Positions 1 to 9,783 of a stretch of DNA of 64,000 bases are shown here, piece after piece (the stretch's first letter is position 1; each line of letters begins with the position of its first letter). The DNA is from an uncultured Verrucomicrobia subdivision 3 bacterium (lineage in GTDB: Bacteria > Verrucomicrobiota > Verrucomicrobiia > Limisphaerales > UBA11358): the NCBI GenBank assembly GCA_903884535.1, contig CAISEZ010000067.1, positions 358-64,357 on the forward strand. The letters are read 5' to 3'. The position numbers and the translations under genes were made by a program. Under the pieces are notes generated by a model. That model worked only from the letters and a program-made list of their open reading frames with translations. It did no database searches and was not told the origin of the DNA.

Positions 1-516
1 GCAGGTGACGAGAAACTTAAAATTCGGATTTTCCTTTTCCAGTTCGCGGAATTCCGTGTTGAAAATGATGTCCTTGGGCTGGCGCACGCTGTAGAGCACC
101 GTGATTTTCGTCTCCAGTTTGCGGCGGGTGGCCTCGCGCGCAAACGCCCGGAACGGCGTCACGCCCGAACCGCCAGCGATGCAGACGAGGTGCTTGTTCG
201 GCTCCAGCACCGGCAGGAATTTGCCGACCGGCAGGATCACGAAAATTTTATCACCCACCTTCGCCCAGTCCACCATGCGCGTGCCCATCTTGCCGTCGCG
301 CTTGATGGTGACCTCATAAAAACCACGGTCCAGGGCGCAGGATGAAAGCGAATAGGCGCGTTTGTAGTTGGTGGTGTCCGGCCAGTAAAGCGTGATGAAC
401 TGCCCGGTCTTGAAATCGGGATTGTGGCCGTCGGGCCATTTGAGCTTGAGGGTCTTGGTGTCGGGCAGTTCCATCGTCGCAGTTTCGACGACCATTTCGA
501 GAATTTCTTTGGCCAT
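1..516 (-). CDS. FAD/NAD(P)-binding oxidoreductase, ferredoxin-NADP reductase-like; C-terminus lies beyond the window edge
   Basis: Hand-translated minus frame from ATG at 516: MAKEILEMVVETATMELPDTKTLKLKWPDGHNPDFKTGQF... with no stop down to base 1. It contains RAYSLSS (RxYS FAD motif) and IAGGSGVTP (nucleotide-binding motif). It is absent from the ORF track because no stop codon falls inside the window. Confidence 0.7.
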   Translation of the reverse strand, partial: MAKEILEMVVETATMELPDTKTLKLKWPDGHNPDFKTGQFITLYWPDTTNYKRAYSLSSCALDRGFYEVTIKRDGKMGTRMVDWAKVGDKIFVILPVGKFLPVLEPNKHLVCIAGGSGVTPFRAFAREATRRKLETKITVLYSVRQPKDIIFNTEFRELEKENPNFKFLVTC

Positions 517-648
517 AAATCAGGTGGGTTGGAGGTTAAATTAATTTTTCAGGCGCGGCAAGCGACGATGTGTTTTTTGGCGGCCGCAAATAAAATCATG
601 CGGAATTTTAAGGCACGGCCGGCGCCTGACTTTCCAAAATCTGCGATT

Positions 649-1479
649 TCATGGACAATTATTGGTGTTCAGCCGCGCGATGACTTCCTGCGCGAGCAAC
701 TGGTAAGCCGCCGAGCCGGAGCTGTATTTGTCATAATAAATGATCGGCTGGCCGTGACTCGGCGCCTCGGCGAGCCGCGTGGTGCGCGGAATCAGCGTTT
801 CAAACACTTTTGCGCCGAGCAGCCGGCGGACTTCGTCCACGACTTCGTTGGAAAGCTTTGTGCGGCCGTCGAACATCGTCATCACCACACCGAAGATTTC
901 CAGGCGCGGGTTGACGCCGGCAGCGCGAAGCTGGTCCAGCACGCGGTTCATCATCGAGATGCCTTCGAGTGCGTAATATTCGCATTGCAGCGGAATGAGA
1001 ATGCCGTCGCACGCAGCGAAGGCGTTCAGTGAAAGAATTCCAAGCGACGGCGGGCAGTCGAGCAGCACGAGGTCGAACCGTCCGCTATCGCGCACGGGCT
1101 GGAGCGCGAGGGCGACGCGATGCAGATGGTTTTCCAGCCGGGCGAGTTCGAGGTCGGCGGCGCACAAATCCACCTCGCTCGGAATGGCGGATAGATTTTC
1201 GTAGGCGGTCGGTTTTATTTTTTCCAGCAGACCGCCCTCACCCAACAGCACGAGATAGGCGCTGGCGCCGTCAATTTTTTCGAGGCCGACGCCGCTGGTG
1301 GCATTGGCTTGGGGATCCAGATCGAACAGCAAAACCCTTTTTCCTTCAGCCGCGAGGCAGGCGGCGAGGTTGACGGCAGTGGTGGTTTTTCCCACCCCGC
1401 CTTTTTGGTTGGCGACCGCGATGACTTTGGTTGGCACTCCGCAGATTAAATGAAAAACGCGGCGGCGTTTCAAGCGCAC
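649..1479 (-). CDS. parA: ParA/Soj-family partitioning ATPase
   Basis: Deviant Walker A motif VANQKGGVGKTTTAVNLA, plus DLDPQANAT and a ParA-like C-terminus. The true start may be the GTG at 1437 (VPTKVIAV...). No parB gene lies next to it. Confidence 0.9.
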   Translation of the reverse strand: MRLKRRRVFHLICGVPTKVIAVANQKGGVGKTTTAVNLAACLAAEGKRVLLFDLDPQANATSGVGLEKIDGASAYLVLLGEGGLLEKIKPTAYENLSAIPSEVDLCAADLELARLENHLHRVALALQPVRDSGRFDLVLLDCPPSLGILSLNAFAACDGILIPLQCEYYALEGISMMNRVLDQLRAAGVNPRLEIFGVVMTMFDGRTKLSNEVVDEVRRLLGAKVFETLIPRTTRLAEAPSHGQPIIYYDKYSSGSAAYQLLAQEVIARLNTNNCP

Positions 1480-1511
1480 ACCGCGTAAATCAAATTGTTT
1501 TTCGAATCAGT

Positions 1512-2027
1512 TCAGTTGCCGCTGCCCGTCGGCGAAAAGCTTGCCGCCTGAAACAAGCCCGAGGAGCCACCGGCTTGGCCGAACAGGGTGGTCACCGGCT
1601 GCAGGCTGGTCACGGGATTGGTGCTGGCCACGATGCCGGAGGCCTGAACGACGCCGCCAAGATCGGGACTGGTCACGGCTGCCAGCGACGGGGTCGGCTG
1701 CGAATCCGCCGTGGCCGTCAGAATATTTTTCGGCAGCGAATCGGGGCGTTCGGAAATGATGACGCCAATCACCAATAAAACAACCATGCTGGTGGCAAAT
1801 CCACCAATGACACCGGGACGGGTTTCGAATAACTGCAACAGCCAAGCCAGCCACGGTGCCTGATCGGCGATGCGTTCGGTGCTAGATTGGGCGCGGCCTT
1901 CGCCGGACTGGAGTCGTGAAATGACCTGATCGGAGAAAGTGTTGAAATAGCCCGGCGGCGGCACTTCGTGCTGCTTGAGTTTCAAGAGCTGGCGCAACGT
2001 TTTAAAATTATTATCGCTATGTTTCAT
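1512..2027 (-). CDS. putative membrane anti-sigma factor
   Basis: It lies immediately downstream of the ECF sigma gene, 4 nt after that gene's stop. MKHSDNNFKTLRQLLKL... is followed by one hydrophobic helix (GVIGGFATSMVVLLVIGVII) and a Ser/Thr/Pro-rich tail. The start is set at MKH rather than the longer ORF. Confidence 0.5.
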   Translation of the reverse strand: MKHSDNNFKTLRQLLKLKQHEVPPPGYFNTFSDQVISRLQSGEGRAQSSTERIADQAPWLAWLLQLFETRPGVIGGFATSMVVLLVIGVIISERPDSLPKNILTATADSQPTPSLAAVTSPDLGGVVQASGIVASTNPVTSLQPVTTLFGQAGGSSGLFQAASFSPTGSGN

Positions 2028-2031
2028 GCTT

Positions 2032-2655
2032 TCATGCTGGATTGATATATTCGGCCAAAAATCCCTGCAACTGCTGGCGCGCGTAAAACAACCGCGAACG
2101 CACCGTCCCAATATTGCAGTTCATCATCTCGGCAATCTCGTCGTGCGACACGCCCTGCACATCATGCAAGACCACGACCATTCTGTGAGGTTCAGACAGC
2201 TTGAGCAACGCCTCGTTCAATTTTTGTTGCAGTTCCGTCAAACCGACCTCGCGCACCGGGGTTTTATCCGAAATCAGCGCCATTAAATCCGGATCATGCT
2301 CGGCATTAAAATCCAGATCATTGAGGCTCATGTGCTGACGATTTTTCCGCTGTTTCAGGAAATTAATCGTCTTATTGACCGCTATCCGGTAAAGCCAGGT
2401 GTAAAATGTCGATCCGCCCTTGAAAGACGGCAACGCCTGAAATGCCTTGATAAAAGATTCCTGCGCGAGGTCGTTGGCGTCCTCGTGATTCGACGTCATG
2501 TGATAAATCGTCGCGTAGATGCGCTGCTGGTAACGCTTCACTAGCTCGTCATAGGCGGCAAAATCCCCCCGGCGCGCTTGCTTGACCAAATCCCCCTCCA
2601 GCATTCCAGCCGGTGTATTGGGGTCAATTATGGGATTCGGTTCGGACATAATCAT
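2032..2655 (-). CDS. ECF-type RNA polymerase sigma-70 factor
   Basis: Region 2 (DLAQESFIKAF, YTWLYRIAVN) and region 4 (VVVLHDVQGVSHDEIAEMMNCNIGTVRSRLFYAR) are present. The start is taken at MIMSEPN (2655), which overlaps the upstream gene's stop as ATGA. The 90-aa N-terminal extension in the ORF track is rejected. Confidence 0.9.
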   Translation of the reverse strand: MIMSEPNPIIDPNTPAGMLEGDLVKQARRGDFAAYDELVKRYQQRIYATIYHMTSNHEDANDLAQESFIKAFQALPSFKGGSTFYTWLYRIAVNKTINFLKQRKNRQHMSLNDLDFNAEHDPDLMALISDKTPVREVGLTELQQKLNEALLKLSEPHRMVVVLHDVQGVSHDEIAEMMNCNIGTVRSRLFYARQQLQGFLAEYINPA

Positions 2656-3701
2656 TGAACCGCCAAAGCCTCGGTTTGTTGCGCCAAATAATCTGTCATC
2701 GCCAGCAATCCGGTTCGACCCGACGACGCCGGGAGCGTCGCCAGGGCTTTCCGCGCCCGTTCCAGAAAGCCGTGAATCGCTTCGACCGTCGGGCCGAATG
2801 TCCGGTATTTCGCCAGCAAGGCGTTCACCGCCGCCAAGTTTTCCGGCTGCCAGTTTTGGATGGAATTTTCCAGGGCAGCGCGTTCCGCAGCGTTGGCGCG
2901 TTCCCAAGCTAGCAAGAGCGGCCAAGTCAATTTGCCTTTGGCCAGATCCGTGCCGAGCGATTTTCCGGCCTCGGCTTCGGTGCCGAACAAATCCACGCAG
3001 TCGTCATAAACTTGGTAAGCCGTGCCGAAGGCGGTGCCGAATTCACGCACGGCCGCACGCTGTTCCGTCGTCGCGCCGCCCAAAAATGCCGCCAGATCGC
3101 ACGCCAGCGTGAACAGCTCGCCGGTTTTCATTTCGATTACGCGAAAATAATCCTTCCGCGCCGCCACGAAATTCCGCCGCTGCTGCGTTTGCAAAATTTC
3201 GCCGGAACAAACCGTGTTCGTCGCCAGCGCCACGGCGCGGCAGACTTCGGTGGTCGGAAAACTCGCCGCGAGCCGCAAGGCCTCGGCAAACAAGCAATCC
3301 CCGAACAGCACCGCAATTTCATTCCCCCATTTCGCGGCGACCGTCGGGCTGCTGCGCCGGACGGTGGCTTCGTCCATCACGTCGTCGTGGACAAGCGTGG
3401 CGAGATGCACCATCTCAATGATGACCGCAACTTTAACGTGTGCGTCGGTCGGCTTGCCGAAACAGCCCGCCGCCAGCGCCACCAGCGTCGGGCGCAAATG
3501 CTTGCCGCCATTGTTCAGCGCGTGCTCGGCGTAGGGCACGATCTGCGGATCAAAGCCCTGCGCCTGCCGCATCAGTTGGTCCGTCACGGCATGAAGAAAC
3601 GGCTCGACCGGTTCCACGATTTTTTTCCAGGAACAAGTCGGGTCGCCATGAGAAACGCGTTCACTGATTGAACCCGTGACATTGATTGCAGCAGCCAGCA
3701 T
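2652..3701 (-). CDS. trans-polyprenyl diphosphate synthase (IspB/HepT-like)
   Basis: Both Asp-rich motifs are present: LVHDDVMDE (FARM) and YQVYDDCVD (SARM). The start is uncertain, either 3701 or 3767. Confidence 0.85.
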   Translation of the reverse strand: MLAAAINVTGSISERVSHGDPTCSWKKIVEPVEPFLHAVTDQLMRQAQGFDPQIVPYAEHALNNGGKHLRPTLVALAAGCFGKPTDAHVKVAVIIEMVHLATLVHDDVMDEATVRRSSPTVAAKWGNEIAVLFGDCLFAEALRLAASFPTTEVCRAVALATNTVCSGEILQTQQRRNFVAARKDYFRVIEMKTGELFTLACDLAAFLGGATTEQRAAVREFGTAFGTAYQVYDDCVDLFGTEAEAGKSLGTDLAKGKLTWPLLLAWERANAAERAALENSIQNWQPENLAAVNALLAKYRTFGPTVEAIHGFLERARKALATLPASSGRTGLLAMTDYLAQQTEALAVQ

Positions 3702-3866
3702 TGGCTTGAATTTAATTTCCACAGCGAGGCGAGTCAAACCTGTTATATTTTGTTCTGCGCGAAACAAAGCATGCTTTGTCCGCCGCCATCAAGAGTTTGA
3801 CTTGAAAAACCCGCGCCAGCGAGCATCATAGACCGGTTCGGTGCAGACGCCAAAAACATTCGTTAC

Positions 3867-4964
3867 ATGAAAAAAACATCTTTTGCCGTGCCCATTTCGA
3901 TGACCGCCGCCTTGGCGTGCGTCATTTCATTGAACCTGAGCTGCGGTAAGAACACGCCGCCGCCGTCCGCCAGCACGGAACCAGCGCCAAATCCCACCAA
4001 CACGAACCCCAATACCGCCGACGCCAATGCCGCTGTGACCGCAACGTCAACCAATCCCGCACCAGTTGCGGTAGCCGAACCGCCGGCCATCACCAATTTG
4101 CCGCTCGCCGCGACCACACCCGTGCCGCCGCCGGCCACACCGGAACCTGCGCCCACCGTGCCGCCGGTCGCCCCGCCGCACCACACCATCGTCGAAATGC
4201 CCGCGACTGTGCCGGTGGCCCCGACCAATTTTTACAGCGGCGACTTCGCCAAAAAAGCCAGTCGCTGCACGCTCGCCAAATGCCAGATGGAAGACGAGGA
4301 TGATTATTTCTCCTTCCTAGTCCGCGCCGGATACCAGCACGTCAATCACGGCGACAACAACGACACGTATTATGTGAGCGCCCGGGTCGCCGTCAACGGC
4401 GACGAACTCCGCGAACACGCCGGCAAAAATGCCTGGCTGATGCCGGACGCCTACGCCGAAATTTCCCACCAATATTTGCCCAAGCCCGACGACAGCAAAC
4501 ATCCCGGCTCCGGCGAAGGCATCCAATTCCGCGCCGACTTTTACTGGCCGTGGATGCACTGGACCAGCCAGATGTTCGCCCGCACCAACGCCGTTTGTCC
4601 CATGTGCCGGCCGCTCGCGCTCGGTTTCGGACCGACCGCCAATATCGGCTTCGACCAGCTTTTCGACGGCAGCCCGGCGCGGCTGGCGCGTTACGCCGGC
4701 GTGCGCGCCACGCTCAACCACGGTTTTATCGAATACGTTGTCGGCGGCACCGACGGCCTGTCCGGCGTCCGCAATCAAGTGCTCACCGAACTGCCGTTTT
4801 ATGCCAGCCGCAAAAACGGCGTGCGCTATTATTTCCGCGGCCTGTGGAACACCGGCTACAACAGCTCGCACGACGAATTGGAAGCCGGGCTGTTTGTGGA
4901 ACTGCCGATTGAAACGCTCGTCTCGCCGTGCAAATGGGGCAGCCTGATTCCCGGCCACAAATAA
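3867..4964 (+). CDS. hypothetical lipoprotein with Pro/Thr/Ala-rich linker
   Basis: A signal peptide with lipobox (ISLNLSCG) is followed by a long low-complexity PT/PA linker and a C-terminal ~230 aa globular region with no recognisable motifs. A strong terminator follows. Confidence 0.6.
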   Translation: MKKTSFAVPISMTAALACVISLNLSCGKNTPPPSASTEPAPNPTNTNPNTADANAAVTATSTNPAPVAVAEPPAITNLPLAATTPVPPPATPEPAPTVPPVAPPHHTIVEMPATVPVAPTNFYSGDFAKKASRCTLAKCQMEDEDDYFSFLVRAGYQHVNHGDNNDTYYVSARVAVNGDELREHAGKNAWLMPDAYAEISHQYLPKPDDSKHPGSGEGIQFRADFYWPWMHWTSQMFARTNAVCPMCRPLALGFGPTANIGFDQLFDGSPARLARYAGVRATLNHGFIEYVVGGTDGLSGVRNQVLTELPFYASRKNGVRYYFRGLWNTGYNSSHDELEAGLFVELPIETLVSPCKWGSLIPGHK

Positions 4965-4980
4965 ATTCTGATTCGCCAAA

Positions 4981-5010
4981 GCCCGGCGGGATTTCCCGCC
5001 GGGCTTTTTT
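4981..5010 (+). terminator. rho-independent terminator
   Basis: A perfect 10-bp stem gcccggcggg / cccgccgggc with a 4-nt loop, followed by TTTTTT. It starts 17 nt after the stop at 4964. Confidence 0.8.
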
Positions 5011-5157
5011 ATTTCTAAAAAATTCACGGATAGCCAGACGAAATACGGCTCGACAACTAGAACGGCCGGAAATACGGTCTAGCTGAAATGAGCCAGAAAA
5101 ATAAAACCAAGGATAGGCTGCGAAGCCCGCCGCCGAATCTTTGTTAGGCCGATTCGT

Positions 5158-5556
5158 ATGCTCCAACGCCAGTTCACATCAAAAAGTTTGCGGTTGGCAT
5201 TGCTAGGAGTCGCTGGCATTGGCATTACACATTTTTACATTTCAGATCTGGCTTGGTGTTTGGGGCTTTATGCCGCGTTGAGGCGTGGCCATGTGACATG
5301 GTCAGAGTTTTTCTATCACGCGACTTCATCCTTTGTTCTTTTAGCAGCTTTTATCATAGCTTTTGTCTTTGCTTGGCGGTTTCGGACATTTGCTGCGCCG
5401 CTGTTACTCGTTTCCATTTTGTCAGCTTGTCTTTGCTTTTATTACGATGCGAAGCATCATAACTACCAAATTCAGACGATGGAGATTGGCACAGGATGCA
5501 CGCATATTTATTTTACTTGGTGGTGGTATGATGACATTCACAATCCGAACAGATAG
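5158..5556 (+). CDS. hypothetical small integral membrane protein
   Basis: The 132-aa ORF has about four hydrophobic segments. It sits in a visibly AT-richer stretch bounded by two terminators. No family is recognised. Confidence 0.4.
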   Translation: MLQRQFTSKSLRLALLGVAGIGITHFYISDLAWCLGLYAALRRGHVTWSEFFYHATSSFVLLAAFIIAFVFAWRFRTFAAPLLLVSILSACLCFYYDAKHHNYQIQTMEIGTGCTHIYFTWWWYDDIHNPNR

Positions 5557-5603
5557 GCATCGGCCTAATTTGAAGATAGGCTGCGAACTAAGCTGGTAAA
5601 ATT

Positions 5604-5647
5604 AAAAAAACGCGGACGGCTTTCGCCATCCGCGCTTTGAATTTTTT
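5604..5647. terminator. bidirectional rho-independent terminator between convergent genes
   Basis: An A-run, then stem cgcggacgg / ccatccgcg (one mismatch), then a T-run. It reads as stem plus U-tract on either strand. It lies 9 nt downstream of the pnp stop. Confidence 0.7.
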
Positions 5648-5655
5648 CGGACGAA

Positions 5656-7806
5656 TTACGCCTGCGGTGCCGGAGCGCCAGCAGCGGCGGCTTCTTCCTT
5701 GTCGCGATCTTCCATCGCGGCTTTGCGGGAGAGACGGACGCGGCCTTTTTCATCCACGCCGAGGCACTTCACCGTGATTTCGTCGCCTTCTTTGACGATG
5801 TCTTCGGTGCGCTTCACGCGGAAGTTGGCGAGCTCGCTGATGTGGACCAAGCCGTCTTTTCCGGGGAGGAATTCAACGAACGCGCCGAATTCTTTCACGG
5901 TGACGACTTTGCCACGATAGATCTTGCCGATCTCGGCTTCGGCACCCATGCCGGTGATGGCGTCCACGGCGATCTTCATGCCTTCCGCCGAAACGGAGAA
6001 CACGTTGACCGTGCCGTCGTCTTCGATGTCGATTTCGCAGCCGGATTCTTCGACGAGGCGCTTGATGTTTTTGCCGCCAGGCCCGATGAGCATGCCGATC
6101 TTCTCGGGATTGATCTTGAGAACCTGAATGCGGGGCGCGTATTTGCTCAGTTCCTTGCGCGGTTCGGAAATGGTCTTGGCCATGTCAGCGAGGATGCTGA
6201 GACGGGCAACGCGGGCTTTTTCAACCGCAATTTCCATGAGCGCGTGCGGAATGCCTTTGAGCTTGAGATCAAGCTGGAAACCGGTGATGCCTTTTTCCGT
6301 GCCGGCGATTTTGCAATCCATGTCGCAATACGCATCTTCCCAGCCGATGATGTCGGTGAGCAACTGGTATTTGGAAATGGTGTCGCCGGAATATTCGGTG
6401 CAGATGCCGACGCTGATGCCAGCGACCGGACGAATCATCGGAACACCGGCGTCGAGCAGCGCGAGCGTGCCGCCGCAGACGGACGCCATCGAGGTGGAAC
6501 CGTTGGATTCCATGATCTCGCTGGTGACGCGGATGGTGTAAGGATAATTCTCGGTCGGAATCATGGATTCGATCGAGCGTTCGGCGAGCGCGCCGTGGCC
6601 GATTTCGCGACGGCCGGGGCCGGTGATGCGGCCGGTTTCGCCGACGGAGAAATTCGGGAAGTTGTAATGGAGAATGAATTTCTTCTCGGTGCCGCCGCCG
6701 GTGTAAGAATCAAATTCCTGCGTGTCGTCGCCGGTGCCGAGCGTGGCGAGCGTGACCGCCTGGGTTTCGCCACGGGCGAAAAGTGCGGAACCGTGAGCGC
6801 GCGGCAAAATGCTGACTTCGCTCGTGATCGGACGGACCACGTCAAAGCCGCGACCATCAAGGCGTTTGCCGCTTTCGAGGATCAATTTGCGGACGGCTTC
6901 TTTTTGGATGTAATAAAACGCGTCGTTGATAACGAACGGCGTGACTTTCTCCGCGCCGTATTTGGCAACAAGCTTTTCGCCGACTTCGTTCTTAATGGCG
7001 TTGCACGCGGCTTCGCGGTTGAGCTTGCCGGGCAGGAGCAACGCGGGGACGAAACGGTCGCCGGCGAGCGCCTTCGCATCGGCGAGGATTTCGTCGGGGA
7101 CAATCTTGAGCGTGATTTCGCGCTTCTTCTTGCCGACTTTCTTGACAAGTTCCTTCTGCGCTTCGATCAGCGGCTGGCAGCATTCCTGGCCGAATTTCAA
7201 CGCCGCAGCAAAATCAACTTCGGAAATTTCCTTGGCCGCGCCTTCATACATGACAATGTCTTTTTCATTGCCGACGTAGATGAGGTCGAGATCGCTCTCG
7301 GCCTGTTCTGCGTGTGTCGGATTGGCGATAAACTTGCCGTCAATGCGACCGACGCGCACCGCGCCAAGCGGTCCAGCCCACGGAATATCGCTGACCATCA
7401 ACGCCGCACTCGCGCCGACGATGCTCAAAATATCGGGATCATTTTCGCCGTCCGCGCTGAGCAGCACGGTCTGCACTTGCACTTCGTTATACCAGCCCTT
7501 CGGAAAGAGCGGACGGATCGGGCGGTCGGTGAGACGGCAGGTGAGAATTTCTTTTTCCGTCGGACGGCCTTCGCGCTTGAAGTAGCCGCCGGGGAATTTT
7601 CCAGCCGCCGCCGCTTTTTCGCGGTAGTCAACGGTGAGCGGAAAAAAGTCCTGGCCTTCTTTCGCCTTGGTGGCGGCCACGGCGGCCACGATGACGATGG
7701 TTTCGCCCATCTGGACGGTCACGGCCCCGTCAGCCTGTTTGGCCAGCTTGCCGGTTTCGATGGTGATTTGTTTGTCGCCGACTGTGGCGGTAATTTTCTC
7801 TGACAT
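5656..7806 (-). CDS. pnp: polyribonucleotide nucleotidyltransferase (PNPase)
   Basis: Full-length 716 aa with two RNase PH domains, a KH domain ([15 protein letters not shown]) and an S1 domain ([15 protein letters not shown]). It has the classic rpsO-pnp arrangement. Confidence 0.97.
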   Translation of the reverse strand: MSEKITATVGDKQITIETGKLAKQADGAVTVQMGETIVIVAAVAATKAKEGQDFFPLTVDYREKAAAAGKFPGGYFKREGRPTEKEILTCRLTDRPIRPLFPKGWYNEVQVQTVLLSADGENDPDILSIVGASAALMVSDIPWAGPLGAVRVGRIDGKFIANPTHAEQAESDLDLIYVGNEKDIVMYEGAAKEISEVDFAAALKFGQECCQPLIEAQKELVKKVGKKKREITLKIVPDEILADAKALAGDRFVPALLLPGKLNREAACNAIKNEVGEKLVAKYGAEKVTPFVINDAFYYIQKEAVRKLILESGKRLDGRGFDVVRPITSEVSILPRAHGSALFARGETQAVTLATLGTGDDTQEFDSYTGGGTEKKFILHYNFPNFSVGETGRITGPGRREIGHGALAERSIESMIPTENYPYTIRVTSEIMESNGSTSMASVCGGTLALLDAGVPMIRPVAGISVGICTEYSGDTISKYQLLTDIIGWEDAYCDMDCKIAGTEKGITGFQLDLKLKGIPHALMEIAVEKARVARLSILADMAKTISEPRKELSKYAPRIQVLKINPEKIGMLIGPGGKNIKRLVEESGCEIDIEDDGTVNVFSVSAEGMKIAVDAITGMGAEAEIGKIYRGKVVTVKEFGAFVEFLPGKDGLVHISELANFRVKRTEDIVKEGDEITVKCLGVDEKGRVRLSRKAAMEDRDKEEAAAAGAPAPQA

Positions 7807-7958
7807 ATCTGACTTTCTGAACCACCGCCTCCTGAGGAACTTCAGTGAACCCCGAAAGATTTCGGAGCTGAATGAAATTTCCCGAAGGCGGCGGAATTTT
7901 CTTGCGCGAGGTTTTTGGTTGGGGAAACGAGCCTTCGCGGACGGCCCGGCTCCGGTTG

Positions 7959-7985
7959 GAAGGCGCGGGGAAAACCCGCGCCTTC
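7959..7985 (-). promoter_or_regulatory. perfect 11-bp hairpin in the rpsO-pnp intergenic leader
   Basis: gaaggcgcggg-gaaaa-cccgcgccttc, located 10 nt downstream of the rpsO stop on the minus strand, with no U-tract. This position matches the attenuator/processing hairpins known in rpsO-pnp leaders of other bacteria. Confidence 0.5.
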
Positions 7986-7994
7986 GCGGTGAAA

Positions 7995-8252
7995 TTATTT
8001 ACGCAGCTTGAGCTTCTTGGTGACCGCCTGATAACGGCCCACCGCAGTATTGGCGAGGTAATCCAGCAGCCGGCGGCGCTGGCTGACCATCAATAGCAGA
8101 CCACGGCGCGAGCTGTGATCCTTCTTGTTCGTCTGCAAATGCTCGGTCAAATGGTTGATGCGGTGCGTGAGCAGCGCGATTTGCACGTCGGCGGAACCCG
8201 TGTCCTTGGCGTGCGTTTTAAATGTGTCAATCGTCTTTGTCTTCGCTTCCAT
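7995..8252 (-). CDS. rpsO: 30S ribosomal protein S15
   Basis: [66 protein letters not shown] is typical S15. The start is set at MEAK, not the longer ORF. Confidence 0.95.
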   Translation of the reverse strand: MEAKTKTIDTFKTHAKDTGSADVQIALLTHRINHLTEHLQTNKKDHSSRRGLLLMVSQRRRLLDYLANTAVGRYQAVTKKLKLRK

Positions 8253-8313
8253 ATAGTAAATTAGGGACGAAGAATAATTTTTTACACGACCGCTGTAAAG
8301 CGAATTTCTTCGC

Positions 8314-9735
8314 TTAAACGGCATGCCACGCCCAAACCAGCCGCCGGCGGGTCGCCGGCGTCAGCTTGAACGGCTCGCTGATCCGCAAACCTTCCACCCA
8401 AAACAGCTCGCCCGCCGCCGTGGTCGCCACCACCAACTCACGCCGCCGCTCGCGCGGAATTTTGGCGTTCACAAACAAATCCTGCAGCTTCACCGGCGAC
8501 GGCAAACCAATCGGCTGGAACCGGTCGCCCGCCCGCCAATGGCGCAGAATGATTTCGCCGCCGATTTTGTCCGCGTCAAAAAGTTCCGTGCAGTGGGGCG
8601 AGCGTCCACGCGAGCCGTTTTCTTTTTGGAGCGTGAAATCAAATTCAAGACGGCCAAATCTTGCCCGCCCCGCCCTGCCCGACAATTTTAATTTGATTTC
8701 ATCGGATTTGAATTTGGTTTCAACTGGTTCCAGCAACCGGATTTTTCCCGCCGCATCGCGTGCCACCGACAAACCTGGACCAACACTGACAACCTTCACC
8801 GGCGTTTCACGAAGCTGCTCGATTAGCTCAAAATCTGTTCCGACACCCAGCTCGATCAATTGAAGCTGCAAAACTCGCCGCTGCACCGCGACGGGCAGCC
8901 GTTCAAAAATTTCTTTACTGATGGTGGCAGCCGACGTGAGTCGGCTCTGGCTGTTTTTATGAGCGGACTCACGTCCGCTGCTACCAAGCCATCGCCGCGC
9001 CGCTTCGCCGGCAAACTCCGCCTCCGCGCCGGTGATTTCCATCAGCCGCAAAACGGTCTTGGTCAGTCCGGCCTGGTATTTTTTTTGCAGCAGCGGCAGC
9101 AGTTCGTTCCGAATCCGGTTGCGCAAAAAATCGGAAGACGCATTCGACGCATCCTCGCGAAACTTAATATTATTTTCGCGCCCAAAATCGAGCAGTTCTA
9201 TTTTTGTCAATCCCAGCAATGGCCGGACGAGCGTGAGCTTTTTGTCCACCGGCGACGGCGAACACCATTTCATGCCGGCCAGACCTTCGCCGCCGGCACC
9301 GCGCAGCACACGCAGGAAAAAAAGTTCCACCTGGTCATTGGCGTGGTGCGCAAGGGCGACCACGGAAATTTTCTGCGCCTTGGCCGTGTGCGCCAAAAAT
9401 TCGTGCCGCAATTTGCGCGCCGCCATTTCAATGGAAAATTTTGATTTTGCGGCGTAGGTTTTCACATCCGCGCGGCCGATAAAAACCGGCAGCGCCAAAT
9501 CCGCCGCCGTTTGACGGACGAGTTTTTCATCCGCGTCGCTGGCGCGCCCGCGCAATTGGTGATTGAAATGCGCGACAGAAATTTTCCAGAGAAATTTTGG
9601 CGCGAGCGAATGCAGTGCGTGCAGCAGCACCAGCGAATCCGCGCCGCCGGAAACGGCCACGAGAATTTCCCGGCCGCGCGGCAGCAGACCGCGCGAGACG
9701 ATTTCACTTTCAAGCGATTGAACAAACTGGCTCAC
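8314..9735 (-). CDS. tilS: tRNA(Ile)-lysidine synthetase
   Basis: N-terminal PP-loop [13 protein letters not shown], a TilS substrate domain and a C-terminal TilS_C-like region ([12 protein letters not shown]...[11 protein letters not shown]). Confidence 0.9.
   Translation of the reverse strand: MSQFVQSLESEIVSRGLLPRGREILVAVSGGADSLVLLHALHSLAPKFLWKISVAHFNHQLRGRASDADEKLVRQTAADLALPVFIGRADVKTYAAKSKFSIEMAARKLRHEFLAHTAKAQKISVVALAHHANDQVELFFLRVLRGAGGEGLAGMKWCSPSPVDKKLTLVRPLLGLTKIELLDFGRENNIKFREDASNASSDFLRNRIRNELLPLLQKKYQAGLTKTVLRLMEITGAEAEFAGEAARRWLGSSGRESAHKNSQSRLTSAATISKEIFERLPVAVQRRVLQLQLIELGVGTDFELIEQLRETPVKVVSVGPGLSVARDAAGKIRLLEPVETKFKSDEIKLKLSGRAGRARFGRLEFDFTLQKENGSRGRSPHCTELFDADKIGGEIILRHWRAGDRFQPIGLPSPVKLQDLFVNAKIPRERRRELVVATTAAGELFWVEGLRISEPFKLTPATRRRLVWAWHAV
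8923..8985. repeat. 63-nt palindromic element (two 25-nt inverted arms, each itself a hairpin) embedded in frame in tilS
   Basis: The left arm is ggtggcagccgacgtgagtcggctc, the spacer is 13 nt, and the right arm is gagcggactcacgtccgctgctacc. The reverse complement of the right arm differs from the left arm at 3 positions, two of which are compensatory. A second, diverged copy lies at 23699-23767. Confidence 0.75.
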
Positions 9736-9783
9736 ACAGCCATCTTGCTTTTTTTTGAACCGCGGGGCAAGCGGCCCACAAAA

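Noticed and set aside
649-1479. Chromosome origin-proximal parAB locus or plasmid partition module.
   Set aside because: No parB, dnaA, gidAB or parS-like sequence was recognised nearby. ParA is flanked by an oxidoreductase and an anti-sigma gene, so only an orphan ParA-family ATPase is called.
5842-7803. 653-aa ORF antisense to pnp. Similar long antisense ORFs occur at 10984-12747, 30194-31423, 35132-36307, 39208-40395, 47272-48813 and 23884-24906.
   Set aside because: Each lies entirely opposite a gene with strong family motifs. Their translations are Arg/Ala/Gly-rich low-complexity sequence with no motifs. Long stop-free antisense frames are expected in high-GC DNA.
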